DNA of 64,000 nucleotides from Myxococcota bacterium (GTDB lineage Bacteria; Myxococcota; UBA4151): NCBI GenBank assembly GCA_036338695.1, contig JAYZBQ010000059.1, positions 132 to 64,131 of the forward strand, read 5' to 3'. Shown piece by piece: positions 56,834 to 64,000 of this stretch (position 1 is its first letter; each line of letters starts with the position of its first letter). The notes under the pieces were generated by a model. It saw only the letters and a program-made list of their open reading frames with translations, ran no database searches and was not told where the DNA came from. The position numbers and the translations under genes were made by a program.

Positions 56834-58202
56834 GGCTGTATTCCGCCCCGAAGTTCCACTCGTCAGTGGGCGTGTAGGTGTTGCTCTCGCCATCAAAAGT
56901 CCACCGGCGGCTCGCACGCGCCACCAGGTAGACGCTCTTGAACAGCTCGTAGCGCGCCTGGGCTACCGCCGAGCTGCGGTCGTCAAAGACCAGGAGGTCC
57001 TCGAGACCTTCAATATTGATGCGGGCGTAATAGGCTTTGAACTGGAGAATTTTCAGAGCGGGGACGTTGGCGAAGACGTTGAAGTTTGAGGTGTGCCCCA
57101 GGTAGGCTTCATAGATGGCGCCGAGCTGGACCAGCTTGAGGAAGTCAAAGGCGGCCTCACCGTACAGCCCGTTGATCCCCTCATCGCTAGGCTGCTGATT
57201 GAGCCAAGCCCACTTGGGCGTCCCGTCGCGCGTGAACGCAAAGCGCTCGATCTCATAGAAGGTGCCATAGTAGACCGGCAGGTAGTTCTGGCTGAAGCGG
57301 CGGTACTCGAACCGCATCGGGACCTTGAGGTCGAGCCCGATCGGCAGTTTGGCGATCGCTTGAACCCCGGCGTGAAGACCCCATCCGCCGCGGTCTGTGC
57401 GGTTGTAGTCGACGTAAGGCGTGATGGTGATCAACGGGTTCTCAAACACCTGAATGTCGGTGTCGACGCCATAAACGACCGCCTTTTGCGTCGAGCCGAC
57501 GGTCGGGTCCGTGTCCTCTGCGCCGGACTCGCCAAGGGTCATCGGCGCGTTGACGTCCGCCGCCCAGCTGATCCCGACGCGCAGCCGGTTGAGGAGGGAG
57601 TGATGACCTCCTTTCGTCGCCCAGGCGTAGGGTTTTGAGTACATGCGCAACGCGACGAGTTTGCTGTCTGAGGTGTCTCGACCGAGGTCATCGACGTCGC
57701 TGATAAGCGTCTCAAAGCCGCCCCATTTGGTGTTCACATCGAACTGCGCGCCGGCGCGAAAGGTGTTGAGGTCGACGTTGTTCACGTAGCGCCCGACGAT
57801 GGTCCCGTGCCCAATGTCCCCGGCGAGCTCACCATAGCGGACGTACAGCTTGGAGCCCTTATGACCCAGTCGCACATAGCGTACGATTTTGAGCCACTCG
57901 AGGTCTTCGTCCCAGTCTTCGTGGCGCAGCACGCCATAGTAGTCCTCGTTCGTCTCGGGACGCGGCCACAAGCGCACGTTGAGGGGGAGCTCGACACCGA
58001 CCCCGACGGCGCCCAAGTTGAGCGAAAAGCGTGGCTTGATCTGCAAGAAATACGAATCGTCGATCTTGGTCAGACCCAGCCCACCGCCGACGCTCTGTTC
58101 TTCAAGGTTGAGCAGACCTGCGAACCGATCCTCTCCCGGCATGGCGTCGAGCGCCAGCGCTGGCGACGCAAGGGTCAGTGAAGCGAGCAAGATGATGCGC
58201 AT
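56823..58202 (-). CDS. Outer membrane beta-barrel protein
   Basis: ATG 58202 with GAGGAG RBS, signal ...SPALA, amphipathic strands, terminal FGAEYSLSF (BAM signal). Confidence 0.8.
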   Translation of the reverse strand: MRIILLASLTLASPALALDAMPGEDRFAGLLNLEEQSVGGGLGLTKIDDSYFLQIKPRFSLNLGAVGVGVELPLNVRLWPRPETNEDYYGVLRHEDWDEDLEWLKIVRYVRLGHKGSKLYVRYGELAGDIGHGTIVGRYVNNVDLNTFRAGAQFDVNTKWGGFETLISDVDDLGRDTSDSKLVALRMYSKPYAWATKGGHHSLLNRLRVGISWAADVNAPMTLGESGAEDTDPTVGSTQKAVVYGVDTDIQVFENPLITITPYVDYNRTDRGGWGLHAGVQAIAKLPIGLDLKVPMRFEYRRFSQNYLPVYYGTFYEIERFAFTRDGTPKWAWLNQQPSDEGINGLYGEAAFDFLKLVQLGAIYEAYLGHTSNFNVFANVPALKILQFKAYYARINIEGLEDLLVFDDRSSAVAQARYELFKSVYLVARASRRWTFDGESNTYTPTDEWNFGAEYSLSF

Positions 58203-58321
58203 GAGAGGCTCCTCCTCATCCCTTGGACGAGCGGGACGCCTCTTGATTCGCATTGCAGAGCCCCTGTCGTAAAGATTCGCGTCGATTGCGTCGTAGGTTT
58301 TTTCCGATGGAGGGTGACGCG

Positions 58322-58684
58322 ATGCTCAAACGTTTGTCCCGCTTAGGTAGGCTTCATGGTGAACTCGAGGCGCGTGGCGCGGAGGCGCTTGAGCAGCTGA
58401 ACAAGCCCGGGGGCCTCTCCGATCAGGCTGAGGCGATGGTGGGCCTTGCGCGCGCCCTCGCTGATGGCGTCGCTGAGGAGCTGATCCGTCGGCTGCCGTT
58501 TCGGATGCTGTACACACCTCGGCCGACGCCGGCGCCAGCTTGGACGCCCCCCAAGGAGGTCTTGATCGACCCGCTGGCTGCCATGACCGTCGTGGCGCTC
58601 AAAGACGAGGCGCGCCGGTTGGGGCTGGTGGTCCCGCGCCGGATCAAGAAGCGCGACCTGATCGAGCTGATCCGCGCCGCTTAG
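58322..58684 (+). CDS. Small protein with C-terminal Rho-N/HeH-like domain
   Basis: LAAMTVVALKDEARRLGL...KKRDLIELI. ATG 58322 with GGAGG RBS. Confidence 0.7.
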   Translation: MLKRLSRLGRLHGELEARGAEALEQLNKPGGLSDQAEAMVGLARALADGVAEELIRRLPFRMLYTPRPTPAPAWTPPKEVLIDPLAAMTVVALKDEARRLGLVVPRRIKKRDLIELIRAA

Positions 58685-61600
58685 TCGGCGAGACGCCCAA
58701 AGGCAGGGCTCGAGGACCCGGACACGTTCTGTGCGTGCACACCGATGCGTCCCACTGCGCCCGAGCCGCCGCGCGCCCCGCAGGTCGCCCGACCACCACC
58801 GCCACCTGAGACCGTGATTCGGTTGGTGCCGAGGGTTGCATCCGACGCTGAAGCGATCCGCACGGCGCCACCTGCGCCGCCGCCGCCGCCACCCATGCCG
58901 CAGCCACTGCCGCAGCCGCCGCTGTTGCCGCCGCTGCCACCCTGACCGTTGGCGCGTACCGTGCCTTCGATCTGCACGGACGACGCGTGGGCGATGATGA
59001 TCCCACCACCGTTGCCGCCGCGTCCGGGGTGACAGCCGTCTTCATCGGCGCCTCCTTCGCCGCCGGAGCCGCCAAAGAAGATGGTCGAGCGCAGGTTGTC
59101 CGATGCCACCGAGCCGCCGCGCCCGCCCGGGATCGGACAGGCTTGCCGGCACGCGCCGCAGCCGCCGTTGGCACCGTTCGAGCCGGTTGCGCCGTGTCCG
59201 CCACCGCCGCCGCTTGCGTCATCTTGACCCGCACCGCCGCCGCCGCCGCCCATGCCATACGGTGACTGACCCGTGCCCGGGACGCCCAGCTGCGACTCGC
59301 CGCGATAACCTTGCGCGCAGCGATAGCGTCCGCCGTGATTACGCCCTCGATAGCCCGTGCTGTTCATATCGATCGTTCCGCCGTTGCGGACCCGCAGCGG
59401 CCCGCGCACGGCGACCGCAAGCAAGCCGCCTTTGGTGCCATCCCAGGCCGGCGCATGGAGGCGACCGTTGTTCTGGATATCGACGGAGGCGTACTCGGCG
59501 ACGACGACCGCTTGAGCCTTTCGGCCGCCGTCGAGTCGATAGCTGTGCGTCAGCTGGCGGTCGGTGGTCGCCGTTGAGCCTTGCAAGGCTTGGATACGCA
59601 CCCACTCGAACTGCCCGACCGGTCCACTGCTGCTCTGGGTTTGATGCAGCATAACCAGCTGACCCACCTGGAAGGTCCCAGTGATCGAGCTGAGGGTGAT
59701 CTGATCGGTGCCTGTGTCACCGCGCACGGCGGCGCGCGCCGTGTTGATCTGGCGCGCGTTGTTCAGGACCAAGTCGCCCCCGCTGCCGTTGCCATAGCCG
59801 AGCTGACAGTCGGCGCAGCCGTCGTCGTTGATCTCGTTGCCGTCGTCACAGCGTTCATAGCCTTGGGCGCCGGCGTTGAGATCCGTTCGGCGGACCCCAT
59901 CGCCGCAGCGCGCCGAAGCGCAGGTGTTGAGGCAGGCGTCGTCGTTGGCTTCGTTGCCATCATCGCAGCCCTCATAGCCTTCCTCACCGGCTTGGAGGTC
60001 GGTGCGTTGGACGCCGTCCCCGCAGCGTGCTTCGCGACAGGTGTCTCGGCAGGCGTCGGTGTCGACGTTGTTCCCGTCATCGCAGGCTTCGTAGCCGTCA
60101 TCGTTTTCACCCAGGTCGACACGCACGACGCCGTCGCCGCAGGCAGCGAGGGCGCAGCTGTTGCGGCACGCGTCGTCGTCGGCTTGGTTGGCGTCATCAC
60201 AGGCTTCTTCCCCCTCCTGGATGTGACCATCGCCACAACGCGCCGCGCTGCAGTCGGTGAGGCAGGCGTCGGTCTGGAGGTTGTTGCCGTCGTCGCAGGC
60301 CTCGACGCCGCGCTGGACGACGCCGTCACCGCAACGGGCGAGCAGGCAGTTGGACAGGCAGGTGTCGCCGTTGTCGGCGTTGCCGTCATCACAGGCTTCA
60401 AAGCCTGGCGCGTCCTCAGCAAGGTCCTGTCGTCGGATCCCATCGCCGCAGCGAGCGAGCTGACAGTTGATGCGGCACCCGTCATCGTCTTGCGCATTGC
60501 CGTCATCGCAGGTCTCGACGCCATCACGGACGTGTCCGTCACCGCAGCGTGCCACGGTGCAGTCCGTTAGGCAGTTGTCGGTCTGGAGGTTGTTGCCGTC
60601 ATCGCATTGCTCCTCCCCGAGGTGCAGCACACCGTCACCGCATCGAGCGGTCTGACAGCTGAGCAAGCAGCCGTCTCCATCAACCCGGTTGCCGTCGTCG
60701 CATTGCTCCCCCGGATCCACACGGCCGTTGCCGCAGACGGCGCGCCGGCACTCGGTGTCGCAGCCGTCATCCTCGACGTTGTTGCCGTCGTCGCATTCTT
60801 CAAAACCCGCCTCGCCCTCTTGGACATCGAGACGGCGCACACCGTCGCCGCAGAATGAGGCGCGGCAGCTGTTCAGGCAGGCGTCGCCATTGAACCCGTT
60901 TCCGTCGTCACAGTCCTCATAGCCCGGTGCGCCTTCGGCGAGGTCCATGCGGGTGATGCCATCACCGCAGCGCGCTGCCTCGCAGCGGTTCGTGCAGCCG
61001 TCGGTGTCGTCTCGGTTGCCGTCGTCGCAGAATTCACGATCCTGCCAGATGTGACCGTCGCCGCAGCGCGCAATGGCGCAATCGCTCGTGCAGGCGTCGT
61101 TGTCGTTGTTGTTGCCGTCGTCGCATTGTTCTTCGCCGACGCGCAGGATGCCGTCGCCGCAGCGCGCCAATCGACACGAGCTGGTGCAGCCGTCGCCATC
61201 GTTCTCGTTGCCGTCATCGCAGGCCTCGCCGTCGTCGACCCGACCGTTGCCGCACCGTTCCGTCTGACAAGTCGGTGAGCAGCCGTCGCCGAGCACATCG
61301 TTGCCATCATCACACTCTTCGTAGCCCTCTTGCTCGGGCGTCAGGTCGCGCCGGGTCACGCCGTCACCGCAGCGTGCGACGCTGCAGTCGTTTCGGCAGG
61401 CATCGAGCTCATCGGCGTTGCCGTCATCGCATCGCTCTCGGTCCGCCCAGATGATGCCATCGCCGCAGCGGGCGGGCGCGCAGGTGCTCAAGCACGCGTC
61501 GGTGTCGTCGGCGTTGCCGTCGTCACAGATCTCCCCCTCTTGGACGACCCCGTCGCCGCAGCTCGCCGGGACGCAGCCATTGCAGCCGTCGGTGGGGTCA

Positions 61601-62178
61601 TCGTTCCCGTCGTCACACCCTTCGCCTGGGCCGACCACGCCGTCGCCGCAGCGAGCGGCTTGGCAGGTGTTCAGACACTGGTCGTTGTCGTCGAGGTTCC
61701 CGTCGTCGCAGGCTTCAAAGTCGCTGTCGTCTTCCGACAGGTCGGTGCGGACGACCCCATCGCCGCAGCGAGCCGGCTGGCATTGGTTGCAGGCGTCGTC
61801 GTTGAGCTCATTCCCATCGTCGCAGACCTCGGCGTTCGGGTCGTCATCTTCGAGGTCGACGCGCACGATGCCGTCGCCGCAGCGCGCCACCTGACAGGTG
61901 TTGAGGCAGGCGTCGTCGTCCTCGGTGTTGCCGTCATCGCAGGCTTCATACTCGGGGAGCGCCCGGTCCTCGATGTCGGCTCGCAGCGTGCCGTCTCCGC
62001 AGATCGCCACCTTGCAGGCATCGGTGCAGCCATCGGTCGAGTCGGTGTTGCCGTCATCGCACTCTTCGGCGCCGACGATCAGCCCGTCGCCGCACACGGT
62101 GGTGTTGGTGCGGACCACCACCTGCTGATCGCAGGCCATTAAGGTCACGAGGGCGCTCATGATGATCAGTCGTGTCAC
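58681..62178 (-). CDS. DUF4215 (myxococcal Cys-rich repeat) lipoprotein with Gly-rich C-terminal domain
   Basis: GTG 62178 with GGAG RBS, LVTLMAC lipobox, 22 CG[DN]G...CDD[GA]N...C...C units, then GYGNGSGG...WDGTKGG...GGGGG domain. Confidence 0.9.
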   Translation of the reverse strand: MTRLIIMSALVTLMACDQQVVVRTNTTVCGDGLIVGAEECDDGNTDSTDGCTDACKVAICGDGTLRADIEDRALPEYEACDDGNTEDDDACLNTCQVARCGDGIVRVDLEDDDPNAEVCDDGNELNDDACNQCQPARCGDGVVRTDLSEDDSDFEACDDGNLDDNDQCLNTCQAARCGDGVVGPGEGCDDGNDDPTDGCNGCVPASCGDGVVQEGEICDDGNADDTDACLSTCAPARCGDGIIWADRERCDDGNADELDACRNDCSVARCGDGVTRRDLTPEQEGYEECDDGNDVLGDGCSPTCQTERCGNGRVDDGEACDDGNENDGDGCTSSCRLARCGDGILRVGEEQCDDGNNNDNDACTSDCAIARCGDGHIWQDREFCDDGNRDDTDGCTNRCEAARCGDGITRMDLAEGAPGYEDCDDGNGFNGDACLNSCRASFCGDGVRRLDVQEGEAGFEECDDGNNVEDDGCDTECRRAVCGNGRVDPGEQCDDGNRVDGDGCLLSCQTARCGDGVLHLGEEQCDDGNNLQTDNCLTDCTVARCGDGHVRDGVETCDDGNAQDDDGCRINCQLARCGDGIRRQDLAEDAPGFEACDDGNADNGDTCLSNCLLARCGDGVVQRGVEACDDGNNLQTDACLTDCSAARCGDGHIQEGEEACDDANQADDDACRNSCALAACGDGVVRVDLGENDDGYEACDDGNNVDTDACRDTCREARCGDGVQRTDLQAGEEGYEGCDDGNEANDDACLNTCASARCGDGVRRTDLNAGAQGYERCDDGNEINDDGCADCQLGYGNGSGGDLVLNNARQINTARAAVRGDTGTDQITLSSITGTFQVGQLVMLHQTQSSSGPVGQFEWVRIQALQGSTATTDRQLTHSYRLDGGRKAQAVVVAEYASVDIQNNGRLHAPAWDGTKGGLLAVAVRGPLRVRNGGTIDMNSTGYRGRNHGGRYRCAQGYRGESQLGVPGTGQSPYGMGGGGGGAGQDDASGGGGGHGATGSNGANGGCGACRQACPIPGGRGGSVASDNLRSTIFFGGSGGEGGADEDGCHPGRGGNGGGIIIAHASSVQIEGTVRANGQGGSGGNSGGCGSGCGMGGGGGGAGGAVRIASASDATLGTNRITVSGGGGGRATCGARGGSGAVGRIGVHAQNVSGSSSPAFGRLAD
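59806..62096 (-). repeat. Coding tandem repeat array (22 Cys-rich units)
   Basis: Recurring ttgccgtc[ag]tcgca and cc[ag]tc[ag]ccgca words at about 90-120 nt spacing. Boundaries approximate. Confidence 0.9.
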
Positions 62179-62401
62179 GATCTCTCCAGAACATGCGGTC
62201 GTACCTGCGGAGCGATACGACGGACCGCACGCGAGACTCAAGGGGCCGCTGCCGCGACGGAAGCAACAGCGTGTGGCGCGCAGGCGCCGTGGCCAAGGTC
62301 GGTCGCTGCCTCGAGATCCGACTTGAAATCGCGCCCGCAGCGCGTCATCGAGAGCGCTCGGCGCAGACCACGCACTGGGTTTGCGCCGTGTTGGAGGAGT
62401 G

Positions 62402-62932
62402 ATGAAGGCATGGTTTGGTATCGCTCGCCGAGTGGACCAACTCACTCAAAGGCTCGGGCGTCTCTTGTCGTGGCTCGCGGTGGTCATGGTGCTGATCGGA
62501 GCGTTCAATGCGCTGGGGCGGTACGCAAGTCGAGCGCTCGGGAGCAACCTGTCCAGCAATGGCCTGCTCGAGGCACAGTGGTATCTCTTCGCGCTCATCT
62601 TCTTACTCGGCGCAGCGCCGACCTTGGCGGCTGATCGCCACGTCCGAGTCGACGTCTACTACGGACGCCTCTCGCCACGCCGCAAAGCCTGGATCGATCT
62701 GATCGGCTGCCTGGTCCTTATGCTCCCCTTCTGCATTTTCGCCTTCGTGACGAGTCTGTCGTTTGTGGGGTCATCTTGGGCGGTCTGGGAGGTCAGCCCA
62801 GACCCTGGCGGGTTGCCTCGCTGGCCGATTAAGACAGCGATCCCTGTCGCCTTTGCCTTGTTGACGATTCAGGGCTTGGTGTTCGCGCTCGGTCGGCTTG
62901 AGGTCCTCGTGGGCGGCGAGGAGGAGTCATGA
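62402..62932 (+). CDS. TRAP transporter small permease (DctQ family)
   Basis: EAQWYLF, HVRVDVYY, W...EVSPDPGGLPRWPIK. ATG 62402 with GGAGG RBS. Confidence 0.92.
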   Translation: MKAWFGIARRVDQLTQRLGRLLSWLAVVMVLIGAFNALGRYASRALGSNLSSNGLLEAQWYLFALIFLLGAAPTLAADRHVRVDVYYGRLSPRRKAWIDLIGCLVLMLPFCIFAFVTSLSFVGSSWAVWEVSPDPGGLPRWPIKTAIPVAFALLTIQGLVFALGRLEVLVGGEEES

Positions 62933-64000
62933 GCCTTGAGTTGCTCGGGCCGCTGATGTTCGTGGTCGCTTTTGGGCTCATCTTTACCGGCTTTCCGGTC
63001 GCGTTTGCGCTGGGGGGTAGCGCGCTGATTTTTGCCGCCATCGGCGTCGGCGCTGGCGCCTTTGACTGGGCGCTCATGAACGCGTTGCCGCCGCGTCTGT
63101 TCGGCGTGATGAGCAACTACGTCCTGCTGGCGGTGCCCTTCTTTATCTTTATGGGGACCATGCTTGAGCGCTCTAAGCTCGCTGAAGATCTGCTCACGAC
63201 GATCGGGCAGCTCTTCGGACGGTTTCGTGGCGGGCTTGCGGTCGCGGTCGTGCTCGTCGGCGCGCTGCTTGCTGCCGCCACGGGCGTGGTCGGCGCCTCC
63301 GTCGTGGCGATGGGGATGATCTCGCTTCCGGTGATGTTGCGCTACGGTACCGATAAGCAGCTAGCCGCCGGGGTGATCACGGCCGCAGGAACGCTCGGGC
63401 AGATCATTCCGCCAAGCGTCGTGTTGGTCGTCCTCGCCGATCAGCTCGGAATCAGCGTCGGTGATCTGTTCGTCGGCGCGTTGGTGCCCGGCTTGATGCT
63501 GGCGTCGATGTATGTGGCGTATGTGATGTTTGTTTCGTGGCGTCAGCCGACGCTTGCGCCCGCCTTACCGGTCGAGGCTTTGCCCTCCTCGAACGCTGAG
63601 CTGGCGCGCCGCGTCCTGTGGGTTTTGCTGCCGCCGCTTGCGCTCATCTTGATCGTGCTCGGCTCGATTTTCGCCGGGGTCGCAACGCCCACCGAGGCGG
63701 GCGCTTTGGGCGCAGTCGGCGCCATGGTTTTAGCCGGCTTTAACCGTCGCCTCACGGTGCAAGCGGTGCGCGAGTCGGCGCAAGAGACCAGCCACCTGAC
63801 GGCGATGGTCCTGTTTTTGTTGGTCGGCTCGACCGCCTTTGCGTTGGTGTTTCGTGGGCTGGGCGGAGATCTCTTGATCGAAGAGCTTCTGACGGGCTTA
63901 CCCGGTGGCAAAATCGGGATGCTGATCGTCGCCAACCTCACGATCTTCGCGCTCGGCTTCTTTATCGACTTCTTCGAGATTGCCTTCATCATCTTGCCGC
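62929..64000 (+). CDS. TRAP transporter large permease (DctM family), runs off the window
   Basis: Not in the ORF track. Manual translation MSLELLGPLMFVVAFGLIFTGFPVAFALGG...LLAVPFFIFMG...GTLGQIIPPS...GVATPTEAGALGA. Confidence 0.93.
   Translation, partial: MSLELLGPLMFVVAFGLIFTGFPVAFALGGSALIFAAIGVGAGAFDWALMNALPPRLFGVMSNYVLLAVPFFIFMGTMLERSKLAEDLLTTIGQLFGRFRGGLAVAVVLVGALLAAATGVVGASVVAMGMISLPVMLRYGTDKQLAAGVITAAGTLGQIIPPSVVLVVLADQLGISVGDLFVGALVPGLMLASMYVAYVMFVSWRQPTLAPALPVEALPSSNAELARRVLWVLLPPLALILIVLGSIFAGVATPTEAGALGAVGAMVLAGFNRRLTVQAVRESAQETSHLTAMVLFLLVGSTAFALVFRGLGGDLLIEELLTGLPGGKIGMLIVANLTIFALGFFIDFFEIAFIILP

Noticed and set aside
59806-62096. Periodic DNA repeats as a CRISPR array
   Set aside because: The repeats are degenerate at third codon positions and in frame within a Cys-rich protein. 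No cas genes.
62190-62232. Imperfect hairpin upstream of the DUF4215 gene as a riboswitch
   Set aside because: Only short stems (TGCGGTC/GACCGCA) in GC-rich DNA, with no recognisable aptamer consensus.
1809-62445. Long N-terminal extensions in the ORF track (rpsD, Mpo1, rimO, GT2, mazG, phoB, DUF4215 and others)
   Set aside because: Family-typical starts with RBSs lie downstream, so coordinates were trimmed. The SctN extension was kept because it is coupled to the upstream stop and looks like a folded SctL-type domain.

Overview
High-GC bacterial chromosome segment, most likely Myxococcota: it carries a DUF4215 Cys-rich repeat protein, a TIGR02266-type PilZ protein and myxobacterial-style T3SS genes. 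Housekeeping genes are rpsD, rimO, prmC, rplM-rpsI, truA, asd, murA-murJ, mazG, 7TM-HD-ybeY and a TRAP transporter. Accessory loci lie between them. (1) A five-gene type III secretion-like operon (sctJ, FliG/SctK-like, sctL, a fused SctL-like/SctN ATPase, sctO) with a sigma54 promoter and no export gate, needle or secretin in the window. (2) A GT2/AsnB/GT-C glycosylation cluster. (3) A partial tryptophan/2-aminomuconate catabolic operon with a divergent 3-His cupin. (4) phoBR followed by an apparently lower-GC ~14 kb block with phased Pho-box-like repeats; it encodes a GT21 glucosyltransferase, a beta-helix lipoprotein, a TtpBC-ExbBD-TonB-TPR motor, a TonB-dependent receptor, a pseudo-receiver PhoB paralog, a lipoprotein DUF2252, a porin and a lamin-tail lipoprotein. 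(5) A PLD gene and a neighbour sharing a Pro-rich leader with a D-x-F-[E/D] motif, candidate T3SS-like substrates. Also seen: a large secreted protein missed by the ORF track, a frameshifted gene, a structured rpsD leader and a 131-nt same-strand gene overlap. No rRNA, tRNA, CRISPR array or transposase was recognised. All calls come from motif reading by eye; no database search was run.
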